Of a stretch of DNA of 64,000 nt, positions 14,056 to 28,423 are shown piece by piece. The notes under the pieces were generated by a model that ran no database searches, had not been told where the DNA came from, and saw nothing but the letters and a program-made list of their open reading frames with translations. This DNA is from Microbotryum violaceum (lineage: Eukaryota). The stretch covers positions 186,001 through 250,000 of the forward strand of contig CDLV01000006.1 of assembly GCA_001244265.2 (NCBI GenBank), given 5' to 3'. Within the stretch, counting starts at the first letter, position 1. Every line of letters starts with the position of its first letter. Made by a program: the position numbers and the translations under genes.

Positions 14056-15365
14056 CTCCCTGCCACTGGACACGCCAGCGCCTAAGCTCGAAACCCTCCA
14101 CTCTGGGAGGGCTTAGTCGAGCTTAGCCAGCCCCCGAAATTGAAATTGAGAATGACTTCAAGCGCCAGTGGTTAGTTCCAAGTATCTTATCTAGTCAGAT
14201 GTTTCCAATCAAAACCTTCTCTCGCCTGTGGTCTTGTATCCTCGGCCAATACATCAAAATTGTTCCGCATCATGTTGAAGCATGAGTGGACATCAGAGAT
14301 TTCAGAGTTAATCAGCCAGCTCAGGCGGGATCTCTCAGGCGCTCCACTGGCAACTGCAGTGCAGTGCACCAGTCCCAGGGAGGCTGATTATACATCAGTG
14401 CGGGTTTTACGCATGAGTAAGTGTAGTATACCCAGGGGCGCTAAACTTATAGCTCATGTCAAGCGTTCAAGGGTTTAAATTGATCGTGGTAGCAGGCTTT
14501 CGAAGCGGTGATCCAGCTTCGCACGAACAGCCTTGGCCATTTCCTATTGCATCCATACATGATGCCACGAGTAAATGGTGCATTTACCAATTACGCCCGC
14601 GCGTTTACCCCCGAAGCTTGACCCATCTACCCAGGTAGCAAGGTGCAAAGTTCACTTACAAATGGTGCATTCTTCGCGCAAGTTGGTGCGTTTCCGCTCG
14701 AAAAAAGGTGCGTTTACTAATTTAATTATAAGGATGGTGCATCTTCCACGTAGCGGGGCAATCCGCTGTATCTCGTGTAGTATGCCATGTATCACCCTGA
14801 AACTTGACGAGCCCTTTTACATGACCACCAAGTACGTCCACCCTTGGTAAGACGCACTCTCACCCGGATCTCATGTAGTTGAGAATCGTGCCAGTACTCT
14901 CCCCCCCCCCCCCCCCCCCCCCGCGCGGGCCCGGGCCCGGGCTCGACGAAGACCCCCAGGCATTGAAATATTCACTCTTTCTTTTACTGGGTACTACAAC
15001 GGGTCAAGTGATCCGATCATGCGTGTCACTGCCCAAGCAAAGTAGGCCCTGCATCCACTGCATGACAGCCGCGCATCGCCGCCACTGCAGCGACCTTGCT
15101 CAATTTTGTCTGGGTGCACGTTGCCTGCTTGGCGCGTCGCGTCGCGCCAAACGCCTACTTCAACTTTCTACTCATGTTCACCGCGCCACGCCAGTTCCTG
15201 CCATCCGTTGCCATCGACCGATACTCGCCTTGGTTCCAAAACTCGTTTCGCACACGTCATGTCCCGTCAGCAGATGAATGCAACGCCCCTGAACAAGGGT
15301 GGCCCCCCCGCATTGGGACCCAACCAATCGACATAATCAGCCCACCTGCACGTGGCACCTTCCAG

Positions 15366-16900
15366 ATGTCCTCGACTACGTCTACCCAGAAAAAAGACTT
15401 GGGCCAGCGGGAACCCAATATCATTGACCAATCTCCCTCAGCGACGCGCTCCAATCAAATCTCAATGACTCCTGAGGGCTGCTCCGACGATGTCGACTCA
15501 ACCGCCGACTCTGACCCCGCCGTCGACGACTCCGAAGCCAGCTCCTCCGATGGCGGCGAAGAAGCCATGGATCGACTGCGCCAAGTCGTCAACCTCTTCG
15601 AAAATGTGCATTCAACCATTTCCAGCTGGAGTATGACACAATGCAAGCCAAACGTCAAGCGATCATGTCGTCGAACCGCCTCTGGTCGGCGGAAGAGAAA
15701 GCCGACTACGAGCAATGGCCGCTGATTCTTGGCGACCGAAGGAAAGCAGATGAATGGACGCTCAAGGACACCATACCAATTCTCAAGCTTGATGTGTACA
15801 TGGCCACCGAAGTATTTCGATACTGGTTCCAAACATAAGCAGTCATTGATGGCTAGTTGAAGTTGCTGGGAAACAAAACTAACAAAATTCTTCTCACCGA
15901 TCCTCTTCCTATCCTTCATTGGCGAAACCAACCAGAACAGGAGCACGAATGGACAGCCTGCAAATAGACTTTGTCAATCACTTGAAAGTGAGAGGGAGAA
16001 GCGACTTGTGTGGATCCCGCCTACCTGATAGGCTGACTATAATCCGCCGAGCTGATGATCGCAGAACATCGTTGCTTTCCTCATGGCTCGGGCAGAAGGA
16101 CCCATCCCTCGTGTCCCCGGAGGCAGTGACCGGCCCACAATCCCGTACGCAGAGTGGGAGCGAGTGACCGTGAAACCGCGAGTACCGAAGAAGGGAGACT
16201 TGATGCCTAGGACAGAGTTTACGCGACAGCCCGATGGCAACGCTTGCGGCGTCTTCGTTTGTCGAACGATGGAAACGTTGGTCGCGGCGGTTGCGTTTCA
16301 GTCTGAATTAGACTGGAGCTGGAGCCCACTCAAGCCACTACAGGACAACTTCTATGTTGACCAACGCGCATACATGTTAGACGTGGTTATTCATCCTCGC
16401 TTGCGGTGTGACACGGAGTTGGAAACAAATTCTGACCCCCTCCCCTCGATTTGCGAGAGGGGACTGGAGCTCCTCCGCTGCTTCCCGGTCAGTCATTCTA
16501 CTGTTGATCTCAACGATCTGATCTTAGTGATAGTTAAAACTTGCTTGGTATTGATGCTGACACTCTTGTGTATGCAGAAGCTGTCCCACTCGCGCTCAAG
16601 GAGAGTTCGCCGGAGCTCGAAGAGAAGCCCTTGAGATCGCCCGGCATTGAAATTTCCGCGCCTACCCTCGTTCTGATTGACCCTTCGATCGGCACAATGT
16701 ACACCTCTGAGTCCATTCCCGACGCTCAATGTACTGCTCCGTTGATTTCGTGAAGCCCGCGGCCCAACCCGGCACCGTCAATTGCAACGATTGGTTCGAC
16801 ACCAGATGCGCCGCTAATGAGACTCCAGAGGGTCGTAAGGTTCGACCCTACTCCCCCTCTGCCGGTGTCTGAGGCACTCGAGGTCGTTGCTTGCTTGCCA
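15366..16900 (+). pseudogene. Degenerate Ulp1/C48 SUMO-protease-like gene, likely TE cargo
   Basis: QPDGNACGVFVC in ORF 16083..16634 matches the C48 catalytic Q-x-[ND]G-x-[DA]CG-x-F motif. Upstream frames are broken by stops and frameshifts. Confidence 0.5.
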
Positions 16901-16951
16901 AGGTATCAAACACGTACATTGGCCGTTCGGTCAATTGTCGCTATATCCACA

Positions 16952-19700
16952 CCAGTGGGAACCCGTTAAATTAACGGGAGGATGAAATTCAAAAAATAGA
17001 GGATAATCGAACAGTCTACATGATATCAGCGCAGACGTTAAGGAAACACCATACGAAGTGCAGCAAAGAAACAAAATCCATTCATCTTACATTCATCGCC
17101 GAAACAGCATGTCGCTTGTCGCCGGACTTGGCTTCAAATACTCGTGCAATGAGATCCGGACGGTTGCATGCTTTGTCATTCGGTCTCACTGCGGCCTTGA
17201 TTTCCGGTGATTTGGGGTCGTACGTCATCGTGATGAGCAGCGGAGGCTTTCCATGTTTGACAACGCAGGGCACTGCATCCTGGTATCGCTGCGTGATGTC
17301 GCGCGGTCTATTTTTGAATGTCGAGCCCAAGGTCCTCGAACGTCCAATTTGATTCGGGCTCAAGCCGTTGATGCCTTGGGTCGTGGTGAGGCGTAGGTTC
17401 TCTTGATGTAACCGGATGTGTTGAGCCAATCGGTCTTGACTTGGGAGTACATCCGTAATTCACGAACTCCAGGAAGGGACGTTGGGTGCAATGCGGGATT
17501 GAGAAGTACTCGTCGCCTTTGGCAAGTAGTGCGCAAATAATTGTGAACGCGAGACTCACCACCTCGACCCCTTTACTTGACCTTTGTCCTAGGTGTTCAA
17601 AGGTTCAATGTCAGTCTGTGCTTGCCCCTTAAACATAATGGAAAATCCGAGAAAGAGCCGAAGACGCGTACGTTCGCCATCACCATCCTTTCGTCCCCTT
17701 CTTCGCCGTCTTCATCTTCATCGTCGCGGTCTGAATCCTCCTCTTTGCCTTCGTCATCGCGACCGAGACCGGCAAGCACCTCGCGCGCTTGGACACCATT
17801 GTCGATCTGCTTTCGGTTTCTGGCAATTGGCAGCCCAGCTCGGCGGAACCTGCCAAGGGAAATGTTGGGGTGCAAGCCATCTTCCCCTGCAGGAAAAAGT
17901 AGTGAGTAACGGAGAGGCATCGCGGACGGATGGAGCGAGCTAACGACTTGGTACGTGGGCCAACCATCGGGACATCGATCACCGTGCACCTGGAGAATAA
18001 GGTCTTGCGGTCCACAATCTTCCGTGTTGGTGCCGGAATCGCAGATAAGCATCGCCATTTCCGTGCTTGACGTAGGAAGGTTGTGGGTGTGTTGGCCTTG
18101 GTCTAGTGGTATGCAGTGGCGCAGGATCCACTCTTTGGCCGTATCCCAACCTGCGCGAGCGTTGACCAATGCAAAGCCCCTCACAAAGCGATTGTCGGTA
18201 CGCAAGTTGGACTCGAGCTTGGCCAACGTACATCTTTGTATGCAAATGTTTGCGCCGTTGGGTTCCAAGTCGTTTGTTGGTGGCCTCGGCCGGCTCGATG
18301 AGCCATGTCTGAGTAAAGGCTGGGCGTTGATTCACGGCAGGGATCTGGGCGCCGAGTCGATAGTAAAGACGACCAAATACGCGAGACACGGGGGTCCTAG
18401 CATGCCCATTTGAGCTTGGTCCCAGTGGGCAGCAAGGGAAGTAAAGCACAGTGCGCTATTGTACGACTGGCATTCTCGCGGAATGCTTTAGCTTCTGTGT
18501 AGGTGCATCGCACAGTTCAGCATGTGGACCTACTGCAGACAGATGTTGTTGGACGGAGCAACTGTCCGCTATCCGAGCCTTCAAGCAGATTCCAATACTC
18601 GGGATTGGGCTGGGGAGGGGGAGGTAACTGCACCTTGCCCTGCGAGCAGCACGTGCTTAAGTGTCCGGTGGACTTGGACCTTTCGCACTCCCAGTGTCGA
18701 GCTTGAAGTGGGTGGGTGCACACGGCCGTCTGGGGCCCGAGGTTGTCGCGGATCGAAACGCGGGGCTTGAGTGGTTTAAGGGCGATTCTAGCCCTACGGG
18801 GTCTCCGCTGGCCTTGACCCGCAGGAGGAGGTGCACGTGGAGGTGGGGCGTGGGGGTCGCGTTCAGCGTCGGGTCGGCGGTCGCGCTGTGCACGCTGGCC
18901 GTTCCGAACAGCTGCACGGCGGGCTCGTATACGCTTCGCAATGCCAAGATCGGTTGGCTTGTTGTCAACTCGCGCGGGGGGCTGATTCTGCTGATCGGAG
19001 CGGGCGGAAGAGGAGGGTCGAGCAGCGGGGCTCCCAGCAGCAGGCGCTCGAGCAGGCCCATGGTAGGAGCATGGTAGAGCGCGAGAGTAGCGCCCAAGAC
19101 TTGGCGAGGTTGCGATGGCCCTCCCTGGCGACCTTGGGACCGGGGCATAGTAGCGAAGGTTTGTTCTTGAATGAGTGTCACTAAAATTGGATGAGAGTGG
19201 GAGGGAGAAAGGAAAGGTTCGAGGGAGTGGCGCAGGATTATTTACGTGGTTTGATTTGTTGTTCAGCCCCTAATGCCGCTGGTCGAATGCCATACGGGCA
19301 AATTGGTTGTTCAGCCCCTAATGCCGCTGGTCGACTGCCGGAATGACACTCCACCGCCGGCGCACCGCATCACGTGACAAACGCCAGCCCTCGCCTCGCG
19401 CGTCAGGCAGAGCTCTGCTGTAGAAGCAATATCATGCAAAGCCACGCGCTTGCGGTTCATTAAATGCAATATGGGTGGAAGCATTGTTTTATGTGAGCGA
19501 AAAAAAGAAGGAAAATACTGGGAGCGCTGTAGCTTCGTTGGAACGGCGCGGAAAATACAAAAGTCACCACAGCGCTTGTACATGACTTCTGATCGGAACA
19601 CGGACACCACAGGCAGGTGCGGCAGACACAACAGTATGCTGGTACATTCACCACCGGCGGCTCGGAAGGCCGCAACCTAGTTAAAAACAGCGATTTTAGG
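16952..19700 (-). mobile_element. Internally deleted Helitron (Rep N-terminal region only); 5' end approximate
   Basis: Frameshifted motifs CCSQGKVQLPPP, YNSALCFTS, HNLPTSSTEMAMLI, SSLHPSAMPLRYSLLFPAGEDG and QRYQDA..HGKPPLLITMT..RPDLIARVFEAK (Helitron_like_N). Candidate 3' end: hairpin CCCGTTAA-A-TTAACGGG (16962-16978), then minus-strand CTGG|T at 16955-16952. Confidence 0.85.
19258..19334. repeat. Tandem 29-bp direct repeat upstream of the Helitron ORF
   Basis: GTTGTTCAGCCCCTAATGCCGCTGGTCGA at 19258-19286 and 19306-19334. Confidence 0.85.
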
Positions 19701-21496
19701 TACATTCCTTAACTCACGCTTTTTTATACTAGTTATTATATAACTAGTTAGGGTAAAGCGCCCCAAGCCCTCGCCGATCGAAGCGCAAGAGGGAAGAATC
19801 CTTTTTCAAAGCTGCGCGGCTTCGCTGAAGCCTTGCACTCAATGCCGGTCTCGCAAGACGAATCTGATGTTGGAGTCAATTGCTCAAGGTATGAGCTCTC
19901 CCAAACTGCATCGGATCCTTCCTTGTCACCAGAACACTCACATTGGTAATGGTTTATTTTGAGCAGCTGCAAGAAGAGGAGTGAGGTCGTCGATCCTAAG
20001 CCGTGCCATTATGAGTAGAACGGATACATATAATGATATAAAGATCACGGCTAGTGACATTTGCGAGAACACCTGATAATGTGCTACTAGGTTCACGGAT
20101 GGTTTGGAAAGGCAGTCAATGATCTTCCTTGTCCAAGTTGCTGAGGCAGGAAATACAGCGAGGAATGCTATACAAGGTGTCCCACCCCCTATGGACACAT
20201 CCAGCAGCTCTGAGATGATTGATCGTCTTAGTCATTGTATTTCAGCCTAGAGTGTGTGTGTGGGGGGGGGGGGGGGGGGGGGGTTACTCGGTCCGGGGTC
20301 CGGACGATGGCCGGGGGTTGAAAGGCACGAGATCGCTCTCGGAGCCTCACTGCTTCCGAGTCGAAACTGAAAGGATCAAACGGTGTAATTCGCAGGCGAA
20401 GAAAGACTACTAAAAGGACTAAGGTCAAGAGACGGCATATGGGCCATTTCCTCGCTGGCATCCGGACTGATCCCCCCATTTCTCAGGGCTTACATCAGTT
20501 TTCCCTCCTCCTCCTCAGCACCCGGCTCCTGAGGGTAGATAGGGCAACTTTTCCACGATCGCCTCCACCAATGAGGTATGCTACTCCATATTCTCTTGGA
20601 ATGTCCACCACTTTGGCATACGGCCGCCCCATACTATTTGCCCAGCCCCTTTAATGAACTTATGATGCCATGCTCAGTCCAGCCGCGTCCGTGATCGCTC
20701 GTCTAGAGTCCAGTAGATATCCGCTTTTAGGATCATTGGCATTGCAAACCACCACGAATGTGCCCTCGCCAGTTTGGCGGCAAAGGTACATAGCTCCTGT
20801 ATCTGCAGGTCAGTCCATCCTTGTTGCCGCGCCTCGAGTTCGCTTCGCGTAGCCCGATACAGGTCCTGATCAATTTTGTCGCGAAGTTCTTGTCCCGATG
20901 GGCACTCTCCAAACGCGTGTTTCTCTGTTTCTTCTTCTGCTCCACATATCACACACCCAGGGGAGGTCCCCAGTCTCTCCGAGCATTGCGAAGCAGTGGG
21001 TAGAACATGTGCCCGCATTTGGAGCTGTGTCTGTGCGGCATACGTTGAGACTGCGCGAAGATATGGGTACTGCCCTGCTGAATGTCCGAAATTCAATAGG
21101 AGTCAAACACTGTCGCCTGTCTTTTTTGGTAGGAACTTCAACTGCCAGTCTTCTTGAAGGTCGTAAATCTTCTTTCTGAAATCGCCTTCCAGCCATTCGA
21201 TCCTGTTGGCGGTCATTTCTGCGATCGTCCACTGCGGGAGAGCGAAGTCGGGGAAAGGCACAATGAGGTCAGGCTGTGAATGTCCGTTCTTGGCCGCTTC
21301 ATCTGCTCTTTCGTTTGCGCGCGATGCATTGTCCGTCCGTCCCGTATGAGCTTTCACGTGTTGTATTTCGATCGTGTCGTTTGTTGCGAGTAAACGTTCG
21401 AGCCATGTGTAGTGTGCAAGCGCAGCCCTCGGTTTCTTCGGTGCAACTTCGCCCTGCCTAATCTTCTCGGCAAATCTGACCGACGTCAGATGATCT

Positions 21497-21807
21497 TGTT
21501 GGAATCAACGTTCCCGAATAGATCAACAAAAGAAGAAGAACGGCTGAACCAGGAGTCGAACCTGGGTCGCTTTCATTAATCGGAAAAGCTTTGACCTCTA
21601 AGCTATCCGGCCCCCGATATCAGTGCGAGGTCTACTAACACCTTAAAAACTTCCCCTTAGACCTTTGCACTGCTGCCAGGCTATTGCAATGCCTCGACTT
21701 TAAGTCCCAATTGGACTCTGTGTCAAGCTTCTGCGGCTGCTCCGGCAGCTATGTGCGGCCTCATTGGAAAGATTTACAAAAAAGGTTCTCCAATTCCGGT
21801 CCTCACA
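21497..21807 (-). mobile_element. 311-bp solo-LTR-like insertion containing a tRNA-like sequence (Helenus-type TRIM candidate)
   Basis: TG..CA ends (TGTTGG...CTCACA) and a perfect 5-bp TSD GATCT at 21492-21496 and 21808-21812. Excision restores the LINE RNase H frame (IPVLAD-HLTSVRF). Confidence 0.85.
21541..21612 (-). tRNA. tRNA-like sequence / pseudo-tRNA with intact Pol III A and B boxes and an aberrant anticodon arm
   Basis: GGCCGGA TA GCTT AGAGGTCA AAGC T TTTCC GATTAAT GAAAG CGAC CCAGG TTCGACT CCTGG TTCAGCC G, followed by TTCTTCTTCTTTT. D and T arms are perfect; the acceptor stem has one mismatch and the anticodon stem/loop is non-canonical. Confidence 0.75.
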
Positions 21808-22303
21808 GATCTGCGAGAACCGGAATTGATGTAGTAGCTCCGAAAGTGTAAGATTGTATAGTCAGTGCTCCCATAATCAGGGCTGTCATTTCCGCTTGCA
21901 TGATTGACGCGCCCGCAAACAAAGCTGCCCGGGCCTCCCAATACGGTCCCACAACTGCTGCGGCCGCGGAGGTGAATCCCGTGGGTAGGACAATAAGTGA
22001 GCCATCTGTAGCCCAAATGCGCTGTTGTCTCATTTTGAGTATGGGAAGAATTACACCCTGAATCTGATTTTCGAATTCGGTTGGCCGCTCGGCTCTGTTT
22101 CGCAGGAGTTGGACTGCCATGGTCCCTCAGCTAATGTCAGTTCATCAAAGCGATCCGACCACTGCCGCCCCAATCTGGTATTGGGATTTAGCCAATCGGG
22201 AAAAAGGTTCGGTCGATCTCTCTGTAGTCCTTTCTAGAGCTCCCGTAGATCCGTAAGCCGAGCTGGAAGCGCCGCCATTGCCCGCCGTAACTGTGGTTCG
22301 TTC

Positions 22304-22497
22304 TTTTGGAACCCTGAGGCCCGAGGCACGAGGTACGTAAGTAAGAGAGCCGAAGAAGAGAGTAAAGATAGTTGGAGAAGAGAGAGAAGCGCTAAGGGCG
22401 CGCGCACTTGGAAGGCTAGAGGTGCGCGCGCGGCTAATATCAACAACTAGATACTAAACTATTCTAAGTGGGATGAAACAGGAATACCCTTTTGACA
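22304..22497 (-). repeat. Copia 3' LTR
   Basis: Matches 26353-26546 with two substitutions that I could see; preceded on the minus strand by the PPT. Confidence 0.92.
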
Positions 22498-22513
22498 CCC
22501 CCCCGTGCTGTCA

Positions 22514-25354
<2,841 letters not shown>

Positions 25355-25916
25355 CTAGCCAGATGCCGCCAGCTTTTTAAGTGTCTGGACGGAAGCATGG
25401 CCGTAGCGGCGGTGAAGGGTAAGTAAAGGGAGCCAACTGGACTTGGTGGCGGCGAGAGCGGGGGCAGGAGCTAGCGATGCGCCCTTGAGTTCCTTCATGG
25501 CGTTCTTGAGCTCGAAGTATTTCGTGCACTTGACCGAGTCAGGACACTTGTCCGCCCAATGCTTCCCTTGACGCACGCTGGGCAATTGCTGGGAGCGAGT
25601 CCAGATCGGTCCCATTTCCCCTTCCTGCCAGGTGCCGCACTCTTTGTCTGAACGTCCGCCTTCGCGACGAGGGCTGGGGTAGACTCGTTGCGTGAGATTC
25701 GAGCAACGGCCTCCATGGATGCGAAGATATCCTCTGCCCTGGGGAGCTTGTTTTTGTCGGCCTGAAGCGCGTAGAACGTGGTACGCCAGCTGTCGAACAG
25801 GGGCGGCAGATTGTCCATTGCGCGGGCCGCCATTGCCTGTTCCATATCGAGCTGGGCCATTCGAAGGCGGTTTATGAGGACCAGTGCTCGATTCGACCAG
25901 TCGATGAAACCTTTCA

Positions 25917-26313
<397 letters not shown>

Positions 26314-26352
26314 AGCGTCTTGAGCGGCTGGTAGCTCGTTGGGCTCATAACC

Positions 26353-26546
26353 TTTTGGAACCCTGAGGCCCGAGGCACGAGGTACGGAAGTAAGAGAGCC
26401 GAAGAAGAGAGTAAAGATAGTTGGAGAAGAGAGAGAAGCGCTAAGGGCGCGCGCACTTGGAAGGCTAGAGGTGCGCGCGCGGCTAATATCAACAACTAGA
26501 TACTAAACTATTCTAAGTGGGATAAAACAGGAATACCCTTTTGACA
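26353..26546 (-). repeat. Copia 5' LTR
   Basis: Starts TGTCAAAAGG on the minus strand and is followed directly by the PBS GGTTATGAGCCC. Confidence 0.92.
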
Positions 26547-27198
26547 CGTTCCGCCGAGCCCCCGCTGTCTGAAGATATGCATGGTCCGCACTGACCATCG
26601 AAGTGAGACGGCTTGATTGGTCAGTCTCCAGCATTTTCAGCTTCCCGCATTGTTGTAAAGCACTAAGAGCTGGGGGACCTTTCGTTGCGAGTGCGGAAAA
26701 GACAGGGGCTTGGGGTCAATGAAGGGAGAAGTGCAGCCGTGGTGTCGGCATTGGAGATCGGCCAGCGTGATCCTTAGTATGCCGGTTATCCCGCTCTCGG
26801 TTCCTCGCCCCTCGCCGTCGGTCCGTAGGTTGGTGTTCTGTGGACCAAGGAGGCGCCCGACAGGAGGCGTCCAGGTCCACGTCTCCCACGGGTTCCCTCA
26901 CCGGGCAATTTGATGGCACTGTATTCGGCTCGTCGGCAACATGACTCTATTTACACCTCACGCATCAGGTGGCCTTTCCGCCCCTTGAGCGGTTGTACGA
27001 TGAGGTCAGTGCGATCTTCCAGGGGCACGATGGGCAAGAAAAAGGTGACCGTAAATCAATGAGCTGTGTTCGGGCAAATCGATGCGATGCACCACGACTG
27101 GGGTTAAACGAAACGTGTTCACACCATCGCTCTTGATCTTGCTACTTCCATTCTATCCTCTGAGCTGAACCCTTCAACCCGCAACATAAGCGCCTGTC

Positions 27199-27980
27199 AT
27201 GGGATTTTTTCAGACCGTCGTGACCGTGGTTGCGACCCTTTCGAGCCTCGGCAACTTCTTGGCGGCAATGCCTCTCCTGCGGGGCGAGCATCCAGTGGTC
27301 TCGAGCGTCGAGAGCAAAGCTATCGAACTGCAAGGAAGTCCGAACGAGCTACCGTACGTGGTATACTCCGACTATTGGCCGTCCTTCACTTACCCCACTG
27401 GTGGGGAACAGTGGGAGGACGGATCGGAGCACATCGTCAGGTGGAATCAAAAGCTACCGCCGTATGTCACGTATTCGCAAGTACCTCAGACAGCCGACCT
27501 CGTATTGGGTCATTGGGACAAAAAAGGGATGCAATCAGGCGAGAATCTTGAACGTGAGTACTCATCGGCGCTGTAGTCTTAACAATTGAGCTTGCGGCAC
27601 GTGACATCGCAGTGCCAGGCCGACGCGTCACACTGGCTGATATGACGTTGACTGTGAAGCAGTGAAACATCCTTTGGTCAAAAATGTGCCTCTCTACATC
27701 CATGGCCAAAATTTCGTCAAGTTTAGGCTGCCTTGCATGCGCCACTTGAAGGAAAAAATATCGGAACGTCAATAGTGAGCCACAGCTACGAGCCCCTGGT
27801 GCGAAACGATTGACCCTTAAGCTTTGACCCCGGTTTGAGCGGCAATTCCTGATCCTACAGTTTCTTCGCCCTGATCGGTTCTACCCACAATATCTCACCC
27901 ACCTTCACCATCACTGTCCCCGAATCATCCCGTTGCAGCGCCGCCAATCACGGAAAACCTCCCTCCCCGGCCCCCCTATA
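27199..27980 (+). CDS. Small secreted protein (Kre9/Knh1-like N-terminal, Ser-Thr-rich family candidate); middle exons unresolved
   Basis: Signal-peptide-like start, 'FTYPTGGEQWEDGSEHIVRW' and a last exon 'FFALIGSTHNISPTFTI'. Confidence 0.5.
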
Positions 27981-28423
27981 GCTAATCGGGGAATAAAATC
28001 ACGTCGTCGCTCCCGAATGCATCATCATGTTCTTGTCGACCACTAGCACCAATATGATGCTCGCCTCGGTTCCAATTTCCTTGTCCCATATCGTGTTTCT
28101 TCCTCAAGCACATGATTTATTTTGGATAGAGCTCTATCACCTATAGCCCGCCTGACTCGATCGCAGTCAGACGTCAGATCGCGAACCCTGCAAAAGCGAA
28201 ATGGAATAAATTACGCTGTACTTACTGGGCTCTACTGGGACACTTGGGGACTCTCGGAGACTACTCTAGCGGCTACAAGCGGACTCTAGCGAAGACTCGA
28301 TGCGATGACGCTCCTCGGATAGCCTCGGATCGATCCGCTTCACCCTCCCGGGTCCCACCTCCCGCCACGCGCCGCGACGTTGGACTACTGACTTCGAAGC
28401 AGCGCGGAGTGGCTCCCACTCGA

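Noticed and set aside
19258..19334. CRISPR-like repeat-spacer-repeat
   Set aside because: Only two copies with a 19-bp spacer, in a eukaryotic context with no cas genes.
14901..20283. Poly-C (14901-14922) and poly-G (20262-20283) as terminal inverted repeats of one element
   Set aside because: The flanking bases are not complementary and there is no TSD. The poly-G fits better as part of the LINE 3' UTR.
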